From an uncultured Spirochaetota bacterium (GTDB taxonomy: Bacteria > Spirochaetota > Brevinematia > Brevinematales > JAOACQ01), in assembly GCA_963768055.1 (NCBI GenBank), contig CAVYGN010000002.1:1152001-1216000 (forward strand): 64,000 nucleotides of DNA. Direction: 5' to 3'. Position numbers and translations under genes: made by a program. This document shows, piece by piece, positions 9,906-18,482 of this stretch. The notes beneath the pieces were generated by a model, which was not told the DNA's origin, searched no databases, and worked only from the letters and a program-made list of their open reading frames with translations. Within the stretch, counting starts at the first letter, position 1. Every line of letters starts with the position of its first letter.

Positions 9906-10904
9906 TTATTTTGTTGAAAACTTAGTGACGCTGTTACCTCCATAATTAGCTGTCCACATATTGACCCCGTCAAAAGCAATGCTATAGGGATTGGCACCGG
10001 TTCCTGTATAAGTAGTCATAACTCCCGATGGTGTAATTTTAGTAACGCTGTTACCTCCATAATTAGCTGTCCACATATTGACCCCATCAAAAGCAATGCC
10101 AATGGGTTGGTCCCCCGTGCCTGTATAAGTAGTCATAACTCCCGATGGTGTAATTTTAGTGACGCTGTTATCGGCCCAATTAGCTGTCCACATATTGACC
10201 CCGTCAAAAGCAATGCCAGCGGGTTGGTTCCCCGTGCCGGTATAAGTAGTCATAACTCCCGATGGTGTAATTTTAGTAACGCTGTTATCGGCAAAATTAG
10301 CTATCCAAATTTTAACTCCGTCAAAAGCAATGCCATAGGGATTGGCGCCGGTTCCTGTATAAGTAGTCATAACTCCTGATGGTGTAATCTTAGTGACGCT
10401 GTTATCGGTAAAATTAGCTGTCCACATATTGACCCCGTCAAAAGCAATGCTATAGGGATTGGCACCGGTTCCTGTATAAGTAGTCATAACTCCCGATGTT
10501 GTAATCTTAGTGACGCTGTTATTGTCCCAATTAGCTGTCCACATATTGACCCCGTCAAAAGCAATGCCAGTTGTATAGGGCCCAGTTCCGGTATAGGTTG
10601 TCATAATTCCCAATGGTGTAATCTTAGTGACGCTATTATCACCTTGATTTACAGTCCACATATTGACCCCATCAAAAGCAATGCCAATGGGTACTTTCCC
10701 CGTGCCGGTATAAGTTGTCATAACTATTGTTGGTTTTGAACTGGTGCTGGACGAAGACGAAGAACTGGTTGTATAGGGAGATGAAAACCAAGACGAACCG
10801 GATCCAGGTGAATTCGAACAACCGGTTAATACTGCTCCGGATAAAGTGAATAAAACCAGCTTTATTGTTAAAGCAAGAAATAGATTGGATAATTTTAATT
10901 TCAT
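9906..10904 (-). CDS. Lipoprotein with seven 39-aa NHL/Vgb-like repeats (probable 7-bladed beta-propeller)
   Basis: Lipobox-like VLTGC, Ser-rich linker, 7x MTTYTGTG.....IAFDGVNMWT.N...NSVTKIT. Confidence 0.85.
   Translation of the reverse strand: MKLKLSNLFLALTIKLVLFTLSGAVLTGCSNSPGSGSSWFSSPYTTSSSSSSSTSSKPTIVMTTYTGTGKVPIGIAFDGVNMWTVNQGDNSVTKITPLGIMTTYTGTGPYTTGIAFDGVNMWTANWDNNSVTKITTSGVMTTYTGTGANPYSIAFDGVNMWTANFTDNSVTKITPSGVMTTYTGTGANPYGIAFDGVKIWIANFADNSVTKITPSGVMTTYTGTGNQPAGIAFDGVNMWTANWADNSVTKITPSGVMTTYTGTGDQPIGIAFDGVNMWTANYGGNSVTKITPSGVMTTYTGTGANPYSIAFDGVNMWTANYGGNSVTKFSTK
9909..10721 (-). repeat. Seven near-identical 117-bp coding tandem repeats
   Basis: 117-bp periodicity visible in the DNA. 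Confidence 0.93.
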
Positions 10905-11149
10905 AAATAAATTCTCCTATCTAGTGATAGATCATTTTCTTGAACACCTTCTGTTTTGTCAATATTTATTTATTTTTATTTTCATTCTATATTAAATTCT
11001 CCAAAGCCTTAATAATTCATATAGAGTATACTCTAATTAAATAATCCCCTAACCTTATTTATTAAATAATCTTGCTTAATTATTAAATACTATTTAAAAT
11101 ATCCGGAAATCCACGTAAAAATTAAAATCCATTTAACAGGCGGCAGTAT

Positions 11150-11743
11150 ATGAAAATAGGCTATGCCAGGGTATCGTCGAAGGACCAGAACCCCGAGCGC
11201 CAGCTTGAGGCCCTGAAATCCGCCGGCTGCGAGAAGATCTTTACCGACAAATTATCAGGAGCGGAGAGGGAAAGGCCGGCCCTGGGCGAAATGCTGAACT
11301 TCATCCGGGAGGGCGATATCCTCATCGTCGCCTCGATCGACCGCCTGGGGCGCTCAACGATCGACCTCCTTGAGATCATCCGGATGATCAGGAAGAAGGG
11401 AGCGATCGTCGAATTCCTGAAAGAAAAAATCGACCTGGCCACTTCCATGGGAAAATTCTTTTTCACTATACTTTCCGCCCTGGCGGAACTGGAACGCGAT
11501 TATATCCGTGAAAGACAGTCCGAGGGCATCAAAATCGCGAAAGCAAAAAACGTCTACAAGGGCCGGAAACCCCTGCAAAAACCCGCAGAGTGGGACTCCC
11601 TGGCCGCCGAGCTGGTCGCCGGCATGATATCCGGACACGAAATGCGCAAGCGCCTGGGCGTATCGATCGCCACATATTACAAAATGCGCCGGCAGTACGG
11701 CCCGGAGATTACCGGGAATATTCCTCAATTGGATCGAACCTAA
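11150..11743 (+). CDS. Serine recombinase (resolvase/invertase family)
   Basis: MKIGYARVSS.DQ, DRLGRS, AELERDYIRER..EG, C-terminal HTH. Confidence 0.95.
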   Translation: MKIGYARVSSKDQNPERQLEALKSAGCEKIFTDKLSGAERERPALGEMLNFIREGDILIVASIDRLGRSTIDLLEIIRMIRKKGAIVEFLKEKIDLATSMGKFFFTILSALAELERDYIRERQSEGIKIAKAKNVYKGRKPLQKPAEWDSLAAELVAGMISGHEMRKRLGVSIATYYKMRRQYGPEITGNIPQLDRT

Positions 11744-11805
11744 GAATTTAGAATCATGAATTGACATTTAATGGAGGTCTTATGTGTATGTCTATTATAA
11801 ACTAA

Positions 11806-12477
11806 CTAAGAGTTGGGTATGAGTATAGACCTTTTTTTAGAGCTTATTCGCCCGGTGGTAGTTTCTGATATCTTGCTATTATTCTTATACGTCTTCCACG
11901 AAATTTCATATTCCTCAGCCTGGTTGCCCCAGGTCGTCCAGTTTTCCCTTGCGCCCCTGCCGAATAGTTCAAGATAAGGCCCTGGACTGCAGCTTTCAAT
12001 AATCTGATACTGTTCATCCGGCTTCCGGGAATGTTCTCTTTTCATGGTTCTGATGATATTTACCTGGCTTCTCCCTGCTTCTAAAGTCCTCATTTGTCCC
12101 CTGATACCGAAAAGCAAAAGCTCAGTCGTATTCCTGAAATAAAATCCTACCCCTCTGCCATCCGGCCCGCCGTCTTTTCTGATTTTATGCCAGACGATAT
12201 TAGACTTATAATTGAACCCCCATGCTTTCATCACTTCAAGGCCCTCGGGGAGAAGCGCGTTAGGAACCCATAAATATAAATGCGCCGTTTCTTCCGCAAC
12301 CATGTAAACAGGAATTTCACCTATATCGTGAAGATTTAAAGTTTCATACCTTTTCAGCCTTTTATGCTCAGGTGCCATTTTCCCGGTCCTGTTCTGGAAT
12401 TGCCAGGGCGGATCGGCCAGAATCGTTTTAAATTTTCTATCGCTTATGAAATTGATGAAATCGTTCGCGGCGCTCAT
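11806..12477 (-). CDS. MT-A70 family N6-adenine DNA methyltransferase
   Basis: ILADPPW, HLYLWV, AWGF.YK, REHSRKP, YLELFGR. Confidence 0.93.
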   Translation of the reverse strand: MSAANDFINFISDRKFKTILADPPWQFQNRTGKMAPEHKRLKRYETLNLHDIGEIPVYMVAEETAHLYLWVPNALLPEGLEVMKAWGFNYKSNIVWHKIRKDGGPDGRGVGFYFRNTTELLLFGIRGQMRTLEAGRSQVNIIRTMKREHSRKPDEQYQIIESCSPGPYLELFGRGARENWTTWGNQAEEYEISWKTYKNNSKISETTTGRISSKKRSILIPNS

Positions 12478-13067
12478 TATTCTTTCTCCATATAAAGATT
12501 TTTGGAAATACCGAATACTAATAACGGACAGCCGGCTCCGCTTCCACCTTCAATCCTCGGAAGAAGTTTTGACATATGGGTTGTCGAACTACCGTAAGAA
12601 GCGCCTCTTCCTAATTCATCAAATATATCTTGCAGATCATCACAGCGGGTAATAATTATACCGACGCTGATAGCCCTCAGATCAAACAAAAGTCTAAAAT
12701 TGTTCAGGTCCCTGTCAAAGAAAGGATCTTTGTTGTTCCATTCCATTTCAAGGGCGGTTTTATTCTTATAGCAATCTATGCTGTGTGTCGGGGATTCTCT
12801 TATTTCTTCATCTACTTTAACAGCCGTTAAAAACTTCTTTTCAATCCATCCGCGAGCGCCCATGAATTCATCTATCCATTCAGCTATTTTTGTTTTTCTT
12901 CCTCCGGGACTAAGAATCCATGATTTTTTTAACTTAAAGGCTTTTAGCATTTCAATGATATCCTTCCATTCCGAAGGGTAATCACTTTTTAAGATCGCGC
13001 AGGCATGCTTCCATTCGTGAACTTCAAAATTATTCCGGATAATTTCTGGAAGATCTAAAATACTCAT
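12477..13067 (-). CDS. BglII/BstYI-family restriction endonuclease
   Basis: TH.IDCYKNKTALEMEWNNKDPFFDRDL.NF, VGIIIT; overlaps the methyltransferase start. Confidence 0.82.
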   Translation of the reverse strand: MSILDLPEIIRNNFEVHEWKHACAILKSDYPSEWKDIIEMLKAFKLKKSWILSPGGRKTKIAEWIDEFMGARGWIEKKFLTAVKVDEEIRESPTHSIDCYKNKTALEMEWNNKDPFFDRDLNNFRLLFDLRAISVGIIITRCDDLQDIFDELGRGASYGSSTTHMSKLLPRIEGGSGAGCPLLVFGISKNLYMEKE

Positions 13068-13415
13068 TAAACCACATCCGAATTATTTTATATAAAATAT
13101 TATCATAATAAAATTTATTTAGCTAATTCAGCGATGCTTTCGCCCTGGCATCCTTCCACCTAGTAAACTTGCTGCCATCTGGGTCCAAATATGTCCAGAG
13201 TTTAGATCATCGACCAGGTCCCTGGACAGCTCTCAGGCTTCCCAGGGAGATATCACCCTGGTTCCAAGAATCTCCTCAAAAAAACGAAATAACATTCCAT
13301 TTATATTTAAAGAGGAGAAAATAATAAATATTTTAAAAATTACTTCAATAAATAGCCAAAATTACTCTATAATAATATAGACAGGAATAAAGTAAATACT
13401 TTTAATGGGTGTTTT

Positions 13416-13919
13416 ATGAGTGAGCCGATAGACAATAAAAAAAATAATTATGCCTTTATCGATAGCCAAAACTTAAACCTTTCTATTCAGGATCAAGGCT
13501 GGAAACTGGATTTTAAAAAATTCAGGGTTTATTTATCTGACAAATACAAAGTCCGGAAAGCGTTTTTATTCATTGGGTATGTTCAAACCATGCAAAGCCT
13601 TTATACTTCCCTGCAGCAATATGGCTATATATTGGTATTCAAACCGACACTTGATTTAGGGCATGGAAAAATAAAGGGAAACGTTGACGCGGAGTTAGTT
13701 TTACATACGATGATTGAATACCCGAATTACGAAAAAGCTGTTATAGTTTCAGGTGATGGAGATTTCTATTGTCTGATTGAATACCTAATAAATAATAATA
13801 AACTTGAAAAGCTTATCGTCCCGAATAGACATAGGTATTCTTCTCTTTACAATAACTCGATTATACGCCCATTTATGGGTTTTATAAATGACCTGAAAGG
13901 CAAATTAGAGCATAAATAA
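13416..13919 (+). CDS. NYN domain (LabA/DUF88, PIN-like) nuclease
   Basis: AFIDSQNL, KGNVDAELVL, IVSGDGDF acidic catalytic motifs. Confidence 0.92.
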   Translation: MSEPIDNKKNNYAFIDSQNLNLSIQDQGWKLDFKKFRVYLSDKYKVRKAFLFIGYVQTMQSLYTSLQQYGYILVFKPTLDLGHGKIKGNVDAELVLHTMIEYPNYEKAVIVSGDGDFYCLIEYLINNNKLEKLIVPNRHRYSSLYNNSIIRPFMGFINDLKGKLEHK

Positions 13920-13975
13920 AAAAAGAGAGGCATTCCGCGGGACGAGCCCTTTGGGACAGCCTCTCATCGTGATTC
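13917..13975 (-). ncRNA. Candidate ~58-nt small RNA convergent with the NYN gene
   Basis: Minus-strand TTGACA(14010-14005)-17nt-GATAAT(13987-13982), followed by a long hairpin GAGAGGC...GCCTCTC and a U7 tract. Confidence 0.5.
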
Positions 13976-14244
13976 AATAATATTATCGTCAATTTATTCA
14001 CAAATGTCAATAATAAGCCGCTTATTTTTACAGATCTGCCGCCAGCGCTCCGGCCATGATCAACATGCCGCAGCGTCAAAATCCCAGAAATATTGGCGAT
14101 TTAACCCCCGACTATGCCCCTAAAGCCACCTATTTCTGCACCAAGTTTATTATTATATTTTCTGTCTGCATCTTTTTTCTAAGAATCTCACTTAAATAAT
14201 ATAATAATAGCGGCGGTGGTAAAAAGTTTTATAGGAGGCATAAA

Positions 14245-14433
14245 ATGAGCAGGATAAAACCGATTCCAACCTCACAACCAAATCAGTTCATTATTCCAAC
14301 ATACGATATTCCTGGAGGTGGACAGATTCACGAGACATTCAAGATCGATCGCTATGGAAATCTTTATAAAGAGCATTCCACTATTGAAATTCCTGGAGGC
14401 ATAAAAGGTCATGTTAATTGGGATAAAGATTAA
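14245..14433 (+). CDS. Small 62-aa hypothetical protein
   Basis: AGGAGG RBS, TATAAT at 14200, internal [DE]IPGG repeat. Confidence 0.7.
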   Translation: MSRIKPIPTSQPNQFIIPTYDIPGGGQIHETFKIDRYGNLYKEHSTIEIPGGIKGHVNWDKD

Positions 14434-14524
14434 AAAATTAATGCCATCGCCGCAATATATATTTGTTGAATCAATTCATAGAAGAAGCCCCTACGTTGAC
14501 CGTTTTGAAGGGCAAATAATTATC

Positions 14525-15430
14525 TCATTCTTTTAATGCTCCCACAAGTCTGAGTAATATAAATTCAGTGGTTACCAAACAAATTTGTCTAAGGAGTCTG
14601 GCTTGATCTTTTTCTGCCATGTATGGGTGTGAACCTGTATGACTTAAAAGCCCATAAATCTTATCAATAGCTTCTCGTTCTTTTTTTTCTAAAAGAGACT
14701 CTGTTTCCAAATACTGGCGAATTAAAACTGGTTTATCAATTATTGAAGCTGTAAGTTTTATTCCTTTTGTTTTCTCCGAATGTCTATTTGCCACTTGTTG
14801 AAATATTGCTTCAAAAAATTTACGGGCATTTCCTATACTGTCGCTCCAACGACCGGCTACATAATGATCCTCGGTAAGTTTCAGAAAATTAAATGTCTGT
14901 TGTCTATCAGGAAGCTTTAATTTATTATGAAGAGACTCAAGGTAGCCCATCTCAGCTTCAACGTCCAAAACTTCTTCTTCTGTCTCTCGCAATTCTCCAT
15001 CATAAAATATATATCCATCTATTTCTAAGCGGCGAATCATTTCATCATATAACTTTTTATCTTCTTCGCTAATATAAGAAGCATCTAAAGTTTGAAAATA
15101 TAAAATATAGTCTCTTGCTAAGTTTTTAAGATAAGATTGACCAAGTTCTTTCCTTTTTTCCCAAGACCAGTTAATAGTAATGTTATAAAAAGATTCTCCC
15201 GTATGAATTTTTAACAGCCATTCCTTTAATTCTCTTGTTGTTTGTATTGTTTTCACCATATTACAGAACAAAGCCTCATACTCGTTTTCATAAAGAAAAT
15301 CGTAGAAATAGTTATTATTGACATTCTCTTTTATTGATCTTCCTCCAAAGGCTGTTTGATAGTATGATTGATGTGAAAACATTTTTGTATAAATTTCAGC
15401 GATGGAAATAGCAGATTTACGACTAATCAT
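14525..15430 (-). CDS. Hypothetical protein with Abi_C/HEPN-like C-terminus (candidate anti-phage)
   Basis: SIGNARKFFEA...YGLLSHTGSHP...A.L resembles abortive-infection C-terminal domains; family not confirmed. Confidence 0.55.
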   Translation of the reverse strand: MISRKSAISIAEIYTKMFSHQSYYQTAFGGRSIKENVNNNYFYDFLYENEYEALFCNMVKTIQTTRELKEWLLKIHTGESFYNITINWSWEKRKELGQSYLKNLARDYILYFQTLDASYISEEDKKLYDEMIRRLEIDGYIFYDGELRETEEEVLDVEAEMGYLESLHNKLKLPDRQQTFNFLKLTEDHYVAGRWSDSIGNARKFFEAIFQQVANRHSEKTKGIKLTASIIDKPVLIRQYLETESLLEKKEREAIDKIYGLLSHTGSHPYMAEKDQARLLRQICLVTTEFILLRLVGALKE

Positions 15431-16052
15431 GGTTTAAACAGCTCCTCCCCCTTCCCCATCTTTTCCCTGGCTTCCCTCATTGACTTCTACGCCTCTTCCC
15501 TGACCGTCATTCGCTCCGGGGAATCCTCCGGCAGGGCCAGAAGCCGCTTCTGCCTCTCCATCTCATCTTTCTCATCAGTTGGGGTATTATACAATCCAAT
15601 TAACAAAATTATATGAATCCAATCAATAATTTGCAAACCTTTCTCCGAATGTGTTTTTCACCCAGTTCCTCAGCCTGGCCAGAACTGGTAGCCCCCCAGG
15701 TAGATATCGCCCTGGTTGCCAGACCTCCGGCAGATCGACAAGGCTCGCATCTGGATGTATGAACCCCTCACCGGTGGTAAATGAAAGGCCCCACGTTGAG
15801 CATTCCGAGGCCCTATTTCCATAACAGCCCTTAAAATCGGATCTTTTCCAGACATAATTCTATTTTCCGGCGATTCGCCGCCGATCGGCGAATCGATGCA
15901 TCGATCGGGGCCGTTGCATCTGGACAGCTGCCTGGCAACTTCCCGGCCAGCTCCTCGAAGCTAAGATCAGTCCAAAGAATCTCGGGCGGATTCTGTCAGA
16001 AGATCTCGGCCAGATCCTCAGCCACATCGAATAAAAGCCTCACGATGAAGTT

Positions 16053-16246
16053 GGGGTCACCTTGGAATTCGAATATTATTGTACGTTAAGAATTTTAATA
16101 TCATTACCGAGTAAAGAGTCGATAAAATCATAAGATTTGGGTTATCATCTGAAATTGATGATATTTTTAAGTTCTTATTATATAATAAGATAGATGGGTT
16201 TATAATTCGTTAGCGTACTATTTTTTCCGAATTCCAAGGTAACCCC
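16053..16246. mobile_element. 194-bp Tn3-derived MITE
   Basis: Inward-facing 38-bp IRs GGGGTCACCTTGGAATTCGAATATTATTGTACGTTAAG (16053-16090) and rc GGGGTTACCTTGGAATTCGGAAAAAATAGTACGCTAAC (16209-16246); non-coding interior. Confidence 0.85.
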
Positions 16247-16266
16247 TTATTCATTGTGGGGAAAAG

Positions 16267-16546
16267 AGTTGTGAGATATCGGTATCCCCCCCTCTCTGAT
16301 ATCCATAACTCTATACTGGATAACGAAATAGGAACCTAAGATTGCACAGATTTTACTGATTGATTTAATTTAAAAAATGCCTTGTTTCATATCTATATAC
16401 CTGTTAATAAATTATCCTTAGACTAATTTGTCTTATCGAAACTTTCATTTGGCTGGTTTGGCTCTTTTTGGTGAAAAACGATCATATTAGTAAATTCAGC
16501 CTACAGCCAATCTAACCAAAAAAGCAGTTTTAAAATATTTTGCCAA
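16267..16546 (+). repeat. Long intergenic repeat, diverged copy A
   Basis: Shares GATATC.GTATCCCC..CTCT, CATTTGG.TG, CCAATC.A.CCAAAAAAGCA.TTT and TTTGCCA with 20685-20994 and 21568-21913. Confidence 0.7.
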
Positions 16547-16825
16547 TAGGGTTTTTTACCGGAGAAGATGCCGGATTTTGCTTAAAAAATTTGGAATATC
16601 AGAAATGAAAATACATAGTTCTTTTGAGGATAAATACTGTATTATTCCATGAAATTGCTTCCGAAAAACCCAATTATGGGACAGCCATCTGGCCATAAAA
16701 CCTTGTTGTTATTACCTGATTTAGCATTTGTAAAATATTCTAGTTTCTTTTGGAGTTTTAATAAAATTGTTACTTATTTACAAATAGGCTATAATAGGCT
16801 AGAAATCTATAATAAGAAGGCTTAT

Positions 16826-17723
16826 ATGCCAATTTTGAATTTAAATTATACAAGGGTCAAAGCAGATGAAAAGAAGTTTGGTTCTGGTTTTAGTTTAAAT
16901 TCACTTAGTAGAAGATTTCGAAAGATTTAATCCTTTAATTCTCGGTTTAGGAGATATTTCTATAGAAGGCGAATATATTCAAGCATTAGCGGGTTTTTTA
17001 GATTTAAGTGGATTTACTGATTTCTGTAATCAAGTGGATTCTCATCTTGTGATTCCTGAATTTATGAAAAAATACCTTGAGTGGATGTTTAAAAAGATCG
17101 CAGATCAAGCTTTAGAAAGTTCAGATGGAATTAATGTAAGAATATGGGGTAATCTACCCTTTTATGCTAAGTTCTTAGGAGATGGCATTCTATTTCTTTG
17201 GAATACAAATTCATGTGGAGGTTTTAGTGGATTATGTAATATTGTTATCCAATTATACAATTTAACTGATGAATATAAAAGCGAATTTATACCGATTATA
17301 TCAAAAAGTGTTGTAAAACCACCCAAATTACTTAGGTGTGGAATAGCTCGCGGACAAATTATTTCAATTGGTAATGGTCAAGATTTTGTCGGTTCATGTA
17401 TAAATGTTGCAGCAAGATTACAAAAGTTATCGGATTTAACTTTTGTAATTTCACGAAGAGGTTTTGATATAAATAAAATCCCAAAACATCCTTTAAATGA
17501 TATTCTTGAACTTAGAAAATATAAAATTCGTGGAGTTGGTAAAGATGAGTTAATCTGGGTTTTAAAAGAGGAGTTCCAAAATCTAAAAAAAACAGAGAAG
17601 AATAATTTTAAGAACCCATTGCCGTCCGGCAGGTTTAGTGACCCAGGGTCGGCGTTTTTAGTGACCCGCCCCCCTGTCTACCTTCAGTATAGCCTTTTCA
17701 GATTTTCAGGTCAAAGATTTTAA
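16826..17723 (+). pseudogene. Class III adenylate/guanylate cyclase; frameshift near 16895-16910, stop codon hit by IS21
   Basis: FLDLSGFTDF (upstream of the called start), KFLGDG, GSCINVAARLQ; native end AAC CCA T|AA split by the IS. Confidence 0.8.
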
Positions 17724-18467
17724 CTTATTTTTCTTGATGAAATTATTCAACCTGAAACTTTTACCATCAATAACTATTTTAACCGAACCGTCTATCAAGC
17801 GGTCCATAATCGCACTTCCAATTAAGGGATTAGAAAAAACCGCAGACCATTCAGATATATCTCGGTTGCTCGTAATAATGGTCGAGGCTTTGGTATACCG
17901 TCCATTAATAACTTCATATAGATCATCCTGCTGCTGCTGATTTAAATCCTGAAGCCCAAAGTCATCAAGAATGAGAAGTTCGATTTTGAAGATGTTTTTC
18001 AGCTTTAAATTATAACTTCCATTGCCTCTTGCGGCGTTCAAGGAGCGCAGGAGCAAAACAGTGTTCTTAAACACTACCTCATGGCCTCTCCGGATAGCCT
18101 CATGTCCGATCGATTGAGCCAGGTGCGACTTTCCGACCCCGGAATGGCCTAAAAAAAAGATGTTTTCTTTGTTTTTAAGGAAATAACAGGTTGCCAGTTC
18201 CTTTATAACAGCTTCATTAATCTGAGGATTAAAACTAAAGTTGAAACTTTCCAGTGTTTTGTCATATTCAAGACCGCTCTTTTTTAACCTGATTTTCATA
18301 GCTCGCTGTTCCCTTCTTTCTGATTCTTCAAGCAGTAGACCGAGCAGGAAATCAGTATATGATGTCTTTTCATTCTGGGCCTTCTGGATATGATAATCAA
18401 GATTTTCCAATACCCCCGAGAGTTTCAAATGTTTAAGCCGGGGTATTAATTGTGCCCTGTCGTCCAT
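17706..18467 (-). CDS. istB: IS21 helper ATPase
   Basis: GHSGVGKSHLA, LLILDDFG, ITSNR, IMDRL. Confidence 0.95.
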   Translation of the reverse strand: MDDRAQLIPRLKHLKLSGVLENLDYHIQKAQNEKTSYTDFLLGLLLEESERREQRAMKIRLKKSGLEYDKTLESFNFSFNPQINEAVIKELATCYFLKNKENIFFLGHSGVGKSHLAQSIGHEAIRRGHEVVFKNTVLLLRSLNAARGNGSYNLKLKNIFKIELLILDDFGLQDLNQQQQDDLYEVINGRYTKASTIITSNRDISEWSAVFSNPLIGSAIMDRLIDGSVKIVIDGKSFRLNNFIKKNKLKSLT

Positions 18468-18482
18468 AATATTTTCCTCCTC

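Noticed and set aside
9909..10721. Possible CRISPR array or DGR
   Set aside because: The repeats are in-frame 117-bp coding units with no unique spacers; no cas or reverse transcriptase gene in the window
13882..14079. 65-aa minus-strand ORF over the candidate sRNA
   Set aside because: TTG start without an RBS, no recognisable content, and it runs through a terminator into the NYN gene
15440..16040. GC-richer low-complexity stretch, with a similar patch at 13130-13280
   Set aside because: Only interrupted frames and weak similarity; no assignable gene or RNA
16826..17723. Pycsar system
   Set aside because: KFLGDG has the Lys typical of ATP-specific cyclases, and no adjacent TIR or TM-cNMP effector is visible
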